In this document: positions 26,438-34,947 of the stretch, one piece after another
Layout: each line of letters begins with the position of its first letter
How positions within the stretch are numbered: the stretch's first letter is position 1
Source: Clostridia bacterium
Lineage (GTDB): Bacteria > Bacillota > Clostridia > Oscillospirales > CAG-272
Direction: 5' to 3'
NCBI GenBank assembly: GCA_017420755.1
Contig: JAFQOG010000050.1
Coordinates: 4,146-68,145, forward strand
Length of the DNA: 64,000 bases
Notes under the pieces: generated by a model
Databases searched by the model: none
The model's input: only the letters and a program-made list of their open reading frames with translations
Told to the model about the DNA's origin: nothing
Translations under genes and position numbers: made by a program

Positions 26438-29400
26438 TTATCTTCCTCTCATTGACTCGAGTTGTTCCTCATCCGTCATTTCCTTAACCTTCTTCTTTCT
26501 CTTCTTAATTACGAAGTTTCTAAAGATAAGGTCAATTATAAAGAGGATCAATGCCAAAATTACCAAAGGAATGTCAATATTGTAGGTTTTGCTTACCGTT
26601 TCTTCAATATCCTTTCCTCTTGTAAAGAAATTGTTTACGCGTTTTGAATTGAAATCAAGATCATTACCCTTATTGTCCTTTGCATAGTTGGTAAAGAAAA
26701 TCTTTGTTTTCAATGCCGCGTCGCCAGATCCCTCGCCATCTTCCAAATCGGAAAGATTTTTGTTCGTTACAAGGCTTGACATTAGAACAAGTCCAGCATC
26801 CTTATCCTCTTGGTCCTCTAAAAGAACATTATATTCTTCTGGAGTTTGTCCAACGATTGCAAAAGCAATTGTATCGCAAAGAGGATCATCGCCGTGAATA
26901 GCGTATTCTATTTCGGGTGGGTCGTTGATGTCCTCATTCCAAGCCGTCTTGATATGCTCAATGCGAACAACATATGTCATATCAGTGTACTCGGTTGGAA
27001 GAACCAAGGTATGGTTATTTCCTGTGCTTTCTGACGCGTAGTATATGCCAACTGTATTCCAAAGAGTAACATCTCCGTCGGTTTGTTGAACATACACGGT
27101 AGCTCTAATCTTTTCCTTGAAATACTGTTTGCCTACCTTTTTATCTCTTTCAGCCAAGTTTGCATAGGTTGTAACATTAACGATGATTTGTTCGTCGTCT
27201 CTCAAGGCTGAATATTCAAGACCTGTTGAGTCAACTCTATTACGAATAGGAGATAAGAGAATATTTTGAACAAGGCGTGAATTTACAATACCATCCGTAT
27301 CGTCAAAGAGAGATCCTGTCCATTTTTTGTTTCCTAAGTCTGTCATAAGAACGCAAACCTTACCAAGTCCATATTCCCACTCTGCATATAGTGGACGCAA
27401 AGCATCTACATAGAACACTCTGCTTGCCTCTGGTCTTAGTGTAGTTGCATAATATCCGTGAATTGTATCATATCCTTCATCGTCGCTAACGCCCTCGAAA
27501 ACTATAGAGTCTTGAGAGTCGGCAATTAGCTCGGCATCGATTTTTTCATTACGGATATCCTTTGAAATTTCATCTGTAATTTCAAAGAGTGTTTCATCAA
27601 GGTCTTTTGCAGCGTCAACCAAGAATGTATCACCCTTACCAGCTGTTGAGATGATGTTCAATTCCTCAAGAGCTGACGAATCAGTTGAGGATAGACCAAT
27701 ACCAATCGCAGTTGTACGAGTACCACTTGTTGCCAAGCGCTTAACAATACCCTCATATCCTGAGCCCTTATCGTTTGGCGCACCGTCTGACATAAATACA
27801 ATTTGCTTAACCTGAATCTTTGTTTTTGTTGTAATTCTGGTCATTAAAGCACTTGCCTCCTGCATTGCAGGTCTATATGCAGTACCATGGCTCTTAATCT
27901 TATCACCTGTAGCCTTATCGTCCTGACCTGGAGCATATGCGCTTTCGCCGCCTGCCTCAAGCAAGAATAAATCCTCTTCAGTAACAAGGTTGCCAGTATA
28001 ATCGCCGTTTGTGTCTTTTTCAGGACGAGTATACTTTACTCTGTACCATTCGTAAGTAACTCCATTCTTGTCTTTAACCTTAGCCATGCTTGAAAGCTTG
28101 GTCAAGGTATCAGAGGAGCTAACTTTAAAATCAGTATCTCTAACAACAATTTCGCCGTTTTCGTCTTCAATAATGTTGCCATCTTCGTCCATGCTTACTG
28201 TGCCATAATGAGCGTAGTAGAAATGGTCAAACTCCTTTTGAACCTTTTCACAAAGCTCTTCTCTGTTTTCCTTGTCACCGAGCATTTCGCCGTCAAGAGC
28301 AACATGATAGCCTTGGTTGAAGGCAACGACTCCAATGTAGTCGTAATCTTGAAGAGTTTTCTTTTCCTTTTCCTCGCCCTCATTTTCAGTGCCTCCGTTT
28401 ATTTCAACATCAGCAGAGTCTTGATCCTCAGGGGCAACCTCACCCATAATTACCTTCTTAACGCTTGAAAGCGCAACCTGATATCTTGTAGGTGTTACAA
28501 ATTTTGCGGTGTTGTAGCACTGAGGACAAATGGTTGGGGATTCGTTATCAACGTCCTCGTATAAGCAATATTTACAAATTAGTGGACTCTTAGTAACCAA
28601 TTCCTTCATAGAGGATGAAAGGTCAACTACAAGTACCATTGCTATAGTTTCGTGCTCCTTGTTGAGGTTTAAGTCAACAGGCAAAAGCTCAGCAATATCA
28701 GGATCAACAACGTATGAGCCAGTCGGCTTATCGTCTTCCTTTGAATCTGCCATTGGCTTTGTTCCACCGGATGATTCAGCAGTATAGATGTTTTCGCCGG
28801 CTGTAAATAACAAGCCTCTACCTACCTCTTCAACAAAGCGTTTGATGTTTGCGCCGGCACCTGTTGGTAGCTCGCTATAATTTACGTCCATAAGTATGAT
28901 TTCGTCATACTCAAGAAGCTTTTGAAGCGTATTTGGGAACGCTCTTGTTTCGCACTTATCAATTTGATATCCTGATTTTTCAGCTAATGCTTCTAAATCG
29001 ATTTGTGAAAGCTGATTTGCACTACCTTGAACAACAAGAATTTTGCCTTGTGCCTTGAATTTATACCAAGCAAAATACATATTGTTTTGATTTAAAACGT
29101 CATCAGGTCTTGAAATTGCCTTAACGTCACAGCTTGGGCATTTGTCAACACCAACAAGCTCAGACTTGGACCAAATAGAAGAACATGCCGGACACTCATA
29201 GCTTACTCTTGGCTTAACTGAAATTTCAGCCTTGATAGCTTGAATGCCTTGCCCTCTGATTTCGTCAAAGGCATCAACATACTTTTGAGGAACGCTAAAT
29301 TCCTTTGTATAGTCATATTGTTGAGCGACAAATGTTAATCTATGAGCAGAAATGCCCTTTGGAACGGTTATGCCATCCTCGGATACCAAGGTGTTACCCG

Positions 29401-30331
29401 TTACAACGTCTTTAAGGCTGATTGTTACATCGCGAATTTTGCTTGTGCTATTAACAGTTACAGTTGCACTATATTTTTTTCCATCTATCGCTTCGCCCTT
29501 TGTTTCCAAGCCGATAACCTGAAGCTCTGAAACAACGTTACTGTTTAAATAGTCAAAATATGCACATTCAAGAGCAACCCCTGAGCCTTCAAATTCTTGA
29601 AGAGCGTAGTAAACATTTCCAACGTTTTCGCGTCCGTCGGACAAAAGAATTACTCTTTTGTTGCTGTTTTCAAATGTTTTGTCATGTCTGTCTTCACCGA
29701 GCATTGTGTCTAAAGCCAAGTTGATGCCCGCTCTTATTGCGCTTCGGTCTCTGACGTCAGAGCTCTTAAGCGCCTCATAATCGTAAAGTATATCTGTTAC
29801 GGAAGGATCAAGTCCACCCGGCTCAATAACTTTGCCGGCGTTTTTCTTTTGATCTTCAGTAAGATTTGGGTCATTCATGCTTTGAGCAACCATTGTTCGG
29901 TTTTTAATAATTCCGTCATCTCCTCCGCCAAATACAACAAGACCAAATTTAGTCTTTGCTTCATCCGGATAGGTGGCTTCCTTTTTCTTTGCAGCCTCCA
30001 TAACATCACGCATATGCTCATTCATTTGAGATTTCATCTGGGCATTACTGTCAGACATATCTACGACAAACATAATTACGTTTCCGTTTGGATCTATCGT
30101 TGTTTTAGTTTCGGTATATGAAATACCTGCAACTACCGTTGATAGAATCAAGATAAGAGCCATGTGTATAATAAACGGAATTAAGTGCTTTGATGATACC
30201 CTACGTTTTTTGTTAAGTCTTAAAAACGGAACGATACCAAGAATCAAAGCTGGAATAGTAATAAGTAGGATCCATGGCTTTTCTGGTGGCCAGTTGAGTC
30301 CTGCGAATAGTGGGGCAAAATTAATATTCAT
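26438..30331 (-). CDS. very large membrane protein with BatA-type N-terminus, two vWA (MIDAS) domains and two Cys4 zinc-ribbon inserts
   Basis: ~1297 aa counted from the ATG at 30331 (the track start at 30355 is TTG).
- N-terminus: a double TM separated by RLNKKRRVSSKH.
- vWA 1: VVDMSDS.
- vWA 2: VVDLSSS...MSDGAPND.
- Zinc ribbons: CPAC..CPSC and CKYC..CPQC.
- C-terminus: a TM helix and a Lys-rich tail. Confidence 0.8.
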   Translation of the reverse strand: MNINFAPLFAGLNWPPEKPWILLITIPALILGIVPFLRLNKKRRVSSKHLIPFIIHMALILILSTVVAGISYTETKTTIDPNGNVIMFVVDMSDSNAQMKSQMNEHMRDVMEAAKKKEATYPDEAKTKFGLVVFGGGDDGIIKNRTMVAQSMNDPNLTEDQKKNAGKVIEPGGLDPSVTDILYDYEALKSSDVRDRSAIRAGINLALDTMLGEDRHDKTFENSNKRVILLSDGRENVGNVYYALQEFEGSGVALECAYFDYLNSNVVSELQVIGLETKGEAIDGKKYSATVTVNSTSKIRDVTISLKDVVTGNTLVSEDGITVPKGISAHRLTFVAQQYDYTKEFSVPQKYVDAFDEIRGQGIQAIKAEISVKPRVSYECPACSSIWSKSELVGVDKCPSCDVKAISRPDDVLNQNNMYFAWYKFKAQGKILVVQGSANQLSQIDLEALAEKSGYQIDKCETRAFPNTLQKLLEYDEIILMDVNYSELPTGAGANIKRFVEEVGRGLLFTAGENIYTAESSGGTKPMADSKEDDKPTGSYVVDPDIAELLPVDLNLNKEHETIAMVLVVDLSSSMKELVTKSPLICKYCLYEDVDNESPTICPQCYNTAKFVTPTRYQVALSSVKKVIMGEVAPEDQDSADVEINGGTENEGEEKEKKTLQDYDYIGVVAFNQGYHVALDGEMLGDKENREELCEKVQKEFDHFYYAHYGTVSMDEDGNIIEDENGEIVVRDTDFKVSSSDTLTKLSSMAKVKDKNGVTYEWYRVKYTRPEKDTNGDYTGNLVTEEDLFLLEAGGESAYAPGQDDKATGDKIKSHGTAYRPAMQEASALMTRITTKTKIQVKQIVFMSDGAPNDKGSGYEGIVKRLATSGTRTTAIGIGLSSTDSSALEELNIISTAGKGDTFLVDAAKDLDETLFEITDEISKDIRNEKIDAELIADSQDSIVFEGVSDDEGYDTIHGYYATTLRPEASRVFYVDALRPLYAEWEYGLGKVCVLMTDLGNKKWTGSLFDDTDGIVNSRLVQNILLSPIRNRVDSTGLEYSALRDDEQIIVNVTTYANLAERDKKVGKQYFKEKIRATVYVQQTDGDVTLWNTVGIYYASESTGNNHTLVLPTEYTDMTYVVRIEHIKTAWNEDINDPPEIEYAIHGDDPLCDTIAFAIVGQTPEEYNVLLEDQEDKDAGLVLMSSLVTNKNLSDLEDGEGSGDAALKTKIFFTNYAKDNKGNDLDFNSKRVNNFFTRGKDIEETVSKTYNIDIPLVILALILFIIDLIFRNFVIKKRKKKVKEMTDEEQLESMRGR

Positions 30332-32603
30332 CTCTATAATATACCCCCCATTCAATTATAAGTAAAACAATTAAAACTAATACAACCCATGGCAAAATAG
30401 GCGTACGTCTTACGTAAACCTGTGCCTCGGTAAGTCCCTTCGCAGGAACTATAAGCTCTTGAAGCTCAGTGTCACCGAGCTTGATTTCGCTATCGATTGC
30501 CTTAGTATATACAGAGTAAACCTCTGTTTTATGCTCTGTTTGCACTATGTTACCAAAATCGTCAACCTTATATGTTGGCTGATAGGTAACCTGCATTTCG
30601 TACAATCCGAATTTTTTAAGGGTGACATTTGGAAGTATTTCTCCATCTGACTTGCCCCATTGATATTCCTGATTTCCTGCGCCTCTGTCAGCGGTGTAAC
30701 GAGTTTGCTCTTCTTCAGGAGTATAGTATATATATTTTATACTTTCAATACCTGATGGAGGATTAAACTGTAGCTTTTCACCGATGAACGGTGTACGGTT
30801 AGGCAATATATCAGGAGTTGAAAAATCAATAAGATTTTCCATCAAGTTAATAAAGTTATCCGGGTCAAAGTGGATAAGAGTATTTTTCAATGTAAGCTCA
30901 AATGTAGTTACAACTACTCTTGTTGTACCAATTGTGCCTGCAATCATAATTGGAGCTGGTACAACCTTGGTAGCACCCTTCTCATTTGTTGCCACATATG
31001 GAACCGTAAATATAACGTCAAATCCGGTTGGTACAGTAAATATCGGGAAGCCTGCCTCGTCTAACGCACTATGAAGTAGCGAATAGCTATTCAATGTGGG
31101 TGGAATTATCGCATCTTCCTTACCATAGTTAACGTTTTCAAGTATTTCCTTTGCATAGTCACCTTGTAAAACAACCTCTTCAACCTTAGTTTTTGGAGCT
31201 TCTACAAGGGTGTCAGTTATAAGCAATCCCTCAACACCTGTTGGAACGCCTGATGCATTAAAATACCAAATCGCACCATCACTTGGTGCCTTTTCCGGTT
31301 TTGTTCCTTCATATATATATAGATTATATCCCGATGTTGGTGCCTTTCTGACATCATCTGCGTGAACAACATTGTCTTGGCTAAATGCAACACCCTGTGA
31401 ACGCAATGCGGTCATCAAAGCAGGCATTTTAGTAAGGTCAACCCTATGGGTTCCCTCTTGGTATTTGAGCTGATTACTTACATATAAAACCTTGAGCTCT
31501 TGTTCCGGAACATAATATAGATATGACTCATCGTCGTAATGAATAATATCCCTATCTGTTTCAACATATACTCTTGCTCTTTCGTATTCTTGAATCTTGA
31601 TAGGACCGAATGTAACAGTTGTTGTTCTCGGTGTTCCATCATTACTGTTTGTGCTAAGAGTAACCTTTTTTCTGTCCATCTCAACGCCATCAAGCTCAAA
31701 AACAACATCAGCCATATATGACTGATTTTTTCCTTGAGCATCAATCGTTACATCGAATGAATAGCTAATATCGGTTTTCTTTTCTTTGAAGCCAACAATA
31801 CCAAGGTTTCTATCGTTTTCGGGGTCGTCGCAAGAAATTATCTCTATATTTGAGTTTTCATTAAGAACAAAGCCGCTTCTTTCTCTATCGGTCAAAAGAT
31901 AAATTTTAGCCTCAGGGCTCGTGTCAATCGCCTCTGCTGCCAAAGCAAGTGCGCTGTTCAAATCTGTCGCTCTATTCGAGCATGATTTTTCCTCTAATAC
32001 ACCTATCAAGTCTTGAACTCTTGCTGGGTCATAAATATAGGGAACCTCTGTTTCATCTCCCTCCTCAATTCTTGGCTGTGATTTAGTCATAAGCTGAGGG
32101 GAGTCTCCCGCGAAAATGATACAAATACCATTTTGTGGACCTGTATCTTGTGCTAATTCCTCGAGTCTGTTAAGAGCATACTGATAGCGTGTTGCCATCG
32201 TCTCCTTTTTAGCACCCGTGGCGTTTGTAACATACGCTTCTCTTTCAAGTGTCATACTTGCAGAGGCGTCAATTACTATGATTTTATCATTATTTTGATA
32301 TTCGTCCTCTACTCTAACATCCATTAAAGCAAAGGTCGCTACCGTAACAGCTAAAAGCTGTACTATAAGTAAAAGGGACATTATAAAGTTTATAGGAATA
32401 CGGCGCTTCATATATTTGAGGCTTCGTTTCCAAATAAACGTACTGGATACTGTCTTAGGTACGTATTTCGATTTTATCAAATATATCAAAATGACGATAG
32501 GTATCGCAATAAGACCTAAAAGGCCCAGCAATCCAAATGTCCATCCGTGGCCAGTATCAACAATTCGTTGATTACTGAACTGTTCAAGAATGTTTGATAT
32601 CAT
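30321..32603 (-). CDS. BatA-like membrane protein with vWA domain
   Basis: 760 aa with an aerotolerance-regulator-type N-terminal double TM (LIAIPIVILIYLIKSKY...VSSTFIWKRS). The MIDAS motif is IVIDASASM, and there is a C-terminal TM helix. The start forms an ATGA overlap with the DUF58 stop. Confidence 0.8.
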   Translation of the reverse strand: MISNILEQFSNQRIVDTGHGWTFGLLGLLGLIAIPIVILIYLIKSKYVPKTVSSTFIWKRSLKYMKRRIPINFIMSLLLIVQLLAVTVATFALMDVRVEDEYQNNDKIIVIDASASMTLEREAYVTNATGAKKETMATRYQYALNRLEELAQDTGPQNGICIIFAGDSPQLMTKSQPRIEEGDETEVPYIYDPARVQDLIGVLEEKSCSNRATDLNSALALAAEAIDTSPEAKIYLLTDRERSGFVLNENSNIEIISCDDPENDRNLGIVGFKEKKTDISYSFDVTIDAQGKNQSYMADVVFELDGVEMDRKKVTLSTNSNDGTPRTTTVTFGPIKIQEYERARVYVETDRDIIHYDDESYLYYVPEQELKVLYVSNQLKYQEGTHRVDLTKMPALMTALRSQGVAFSQDNVVHADDVRKAPTSGYNLYIYEGTKPEKAPSDGAIWYFNASGVPTGVEGLLITDTLVEAPKTKVEEVVLQGDYAKEILENVNYGKEDAIIPPTLNSYSLLHSALDEAGFPIFTVPTGFDVIFTVPYVATNEKGATKVVPAPIMIAGTIGTTRVVVTTFELTLKNTLIHFDPDNFINLMENLIDFSTPDILPNRTPFIGEKLQFNPPSGIESIKYIYYTPEEEQTRYTADRGAGNQEYQWGKSDGEILPNVTLKKFGLYEMQVTYQPTYKVDDFGNIVQTEHKTEVYSVYTKAIDSEIKLGDTELQELIVPAKGLTEAQVYVRRTPILPWVVLVLIVLLIIEWGVYYRDEY

Positions 32604-33499
32604 TTGATTATCTCCGTTTCGTATCCTTTTCCGAAAATTACTTTTTCAATGGAATCCTCTGATGATACTGTAAAGAAAGTAACGTTTCTTGAAGCACAGA
32701 AGTCTATAAGCTCCTGCTCGTACTCGTCAAACGCTCTTTGATAAGCCTTAACAAGCTTTTTAGTCATTACTATTCTCATATTTCTATCATCGCCTGGTCC
32801 CGCAGCTTCAGAGTCAATCATCTGAATTCTACCATCAAGGTTTGGGAACAGTTCGTCCGGTGAAAGAACCTGTATCATTAGTATTTCCCTACGCTGGAAC
32901 ATAAGGAAATCTATGGCTTTTTTCCAGTTGCTTTCTGTCAAAAAGTCAGAAATTATAATTGTTAGACCGTCATCATATCCTGGTGTTTTCATATTAACAA
33001 TGGACTTTTCAAGGTCGGTTTCGCCCTCGAAATCAGTCGTTTCAAGCTTTTGAGCTGCACGGTAGAAGGTATCCTTGTTTGTGATAGTAAATCCAAGCTC
33101 CTCTGTTTTACCGTCCTTCATTAGCTCATAAGAAACTCTATCCATCGAACACACAGAAAGATATCCGAATGCTGCCGCAATTTTTAAGGCTGCTTGTGCC
33201 TTTTCTGGTTGTCCGCACGCCATAGAGGCTGAGCAGTCAATCATAATTCGGTTATGCATTTGTCTTTCATCTGTAAACAATTTAATAAAGTATTTTTCAC
33301 TACGTGCATATACGTTCCAGTCGATACGTCTAATATCGTCGCCAGGTGCATATTCACGGAAGTCAGCGAATTCTACAGTATTACCATATGAGCGGGCTTT
33401 TCTTGAGCCTCCAAAAAAGCCCGTCATTGGAGTTTTCAAAAGAAGTGCAGCGGCATCGAGACGGTCGAGAAAATCACCGTCTAATATTCTACGTTTCAT
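32600..33499 (-). CDS. DUF58 domain protein (vWA-like fold, MoxR partner)
   Basis: 299 aa. FREYAPGDDIRRIDWNVYARSEKYFIKLF is the DUF58 signature. Confidence 0.85.
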   Translation of the reverse strand: MKRRILDGDFLDRLDAAALLLKTPMTGFFGGSRKARSYGNTVEFADFREYAPGDDIRRIDWNVYARSEKYFIKLFTDERQMHNRIMIDCSASMACGQPEKAQAALKIAAAFGYLSVCSMDRVSYELMKDGKTEELGFTITNKDTFYRAAQKLETTDFEGETDLEKSIVNMKTPGYDDGLTIIISDFLTESNWKKAIDFLMFQRREILMIQVLSPDELFPNLDGRIQMIDSEAAGPGDDRNMRIVMTKKLVKAYQRAFDEYEQELIDFCASRNVTFFTVSSEDSIEKVIFGKGYETEIIK

Positions 33500-33513
33500 G
33501 TTTACCGCCTAAA

Positions 33514-34914
33514 TTATTTTTTGTTTTTCTTGTCTTTTTTGCCCTTTTTATCAAGCTTGAGCATTTCTTCGCTCTTTGTTGTTGTAGGAGCTGTAGATTT
33601 AACACCGAGGGTTGTAGCTGTTACGCCCTTGCCTGCACTGTTAAGGTCTTTTACAAGTGAAAGAACTACGTCATCTGCGCTCATCTTTGAAGTAACTGCT
33701 TCAAATCCAAGCTTAATTCTGTGACGAAGTACAGGTACTGCAAGTGAGTTGATATCATCGTATGAAACGTTGTATCTACCCTTAATAAGAGCACGTACCT
33801 TTGCGGCGGTAATGAGGGCCTGAGCCGCACGTGGGCTGGCACCCTCTCTAATATATCTCTTGGATGTTGCTGTCGCCACCTCGCTACTTGCGTGTGTAGA
33901 AGCAATCATTACCATGGCATAGTCAAGAACCTCTTTTGCGATTGGAATAGTCTTTGCTACTGCTCTCATACGAAGAAGCTCTTCGCCGTTACATGCGGCT
34001 TGCGCACATTCGTCCATGGTCTTTTGTGTCATTGTTACGATTTGTCCAAGCTCTTCAGCAGAAGGATTGGGAACTAATATTTTGAACATAAAACGGTCCA
34101 TTTGCGCCTCAGGAAGTGGGTATGTACCATCTTGCTCAATTGGGTTCTGTGTAGCAAGAACGAAGAATGGCTCGTCAAGCTTACGTGATACACCCATAAC
34201 TGTTACCTTATGCTCCTGCATGGCCTCAAGTAGAGCCGCCTGAGTTTTAGGTGTAGCACGGTTAATTTCGTCGGCAAGAACGATGTTACTAAAGATAGGA
34301 CCCTTTTGGAACTCGAACTTAGAGTTGCCGTTTTCGTCTCTTGTGATAATGTTGGTACCTGTAACGTCGGCAGGCATCAAGTCTGGGGTAAACTGGATTC
34401 TTGAGAATGGTAAGTCAAATACGTTACCGAGTGATCTTACAAGACGAGTTTTACCAAGTCCTGGTGCACCCTCAAGAAGTACGTTACCACCGGCAATTAT
34501 CGCGATAATTGTAAATTGAACAACCTCTGTTTGACCTATAATATCCTTCTTAACCTCTCTGAAGATTTTGTCACACTTTTCAGCGAAAAGCTTTAGTTCT
34601 TCAGCAGTTTTTGGGTCGATTACTGGTGCAGCTGGTTTTGCTGCTGGCTTTGCTGTTGATGCAGCTGCTGGCTTTGGTGCCTCAGCTGGCTTTGCTGCAG
34701 GTGCAGCTGCCGGCTTTGCTGTAGATGCCTCAGCTGGCTTTGGTGCCTCAGCTGGTTTAACAGCTTCGGCTGGCTTTGGAGCCTCGGCTTGTTTTGCTTC
34801 CGCCTTTACAGGCTCCACCTTGGGAGACTCCTCTTTTGGAGCCTCCGCAGGTGCTTTAACCTCTTGTACGTCGTTATTGCTGTTTTCTTCGACTTTTTTA
34901 TTAAAAATTCCCAT
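33514..34914 (-). CDS. MoxR family AAA+ ATPase with low-complexity N-terminal extension and Lys-rich C-terminal tail
   Basis: Walker A is GAPGLGKT and Walker B is LADEINRATPKTQAALLEAMQE, with the downstream region typical of AAA_3. The first ~100 aa are A/P/E/K repeats. Confidence 0.9.
   Translation of the reverse strand: MGIFNKKVEENSNNDVQEVKAPAEAPKEESPKVEPVKAEAKQAEAPKPAEAVKPAEAPKPAEASTAKPAAAPAAKPAEAPKPAAASTAKPAAKPAAPVIDPKTAEELKLFAEKCDKIFREVKKDIIGQTEVVQFTIIAIIAGGNVLLEGAPGLGKTRLVRSLGNVFDLPFSRIQFTPDLMPADVTGTNIITRDENGNSKFEFQKGPIFSNIVLADEINRATPKTQAALLEAMQEHKVTVMGVSRKLDEPFFVLATQNPIEQDGTYPLPEAQMDRFMFKILVPNPSAEELGQIVTMTQKTMDECAQAACNGEELLRMRAVAKTIPIAKEVLDYAMVMIASTHASSEVATATSKRYIREGASPRAAQALITAAKVRALIKGRYNVSYDDINSLAVPVLRHRIKLGFEAVTSKMSADDVVLSLVKDLNSAGKGVTATTLGVKSTAPTTTKSEEMLKLDKKGKKDKKNKK
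34614..34863 (-). repeat. GC-enriched in-frame repeats encoding (K)PAEAPKPAEA / TAKPAA low-complexity region of MoxR
   Basis: Repeated cagctggctttggtgcctcagctggcttt units in the DNA. The protein reads AEAPKPAEAVKPAEAPKPAEASTAKPAAAPAAKPAEAPKPAAASTAKPAAKPAAP. Confidence 0.8.
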
Positions 34915-34947
34915 AATTTCTCTCCGTATACTTTTATAAAATGAAGT

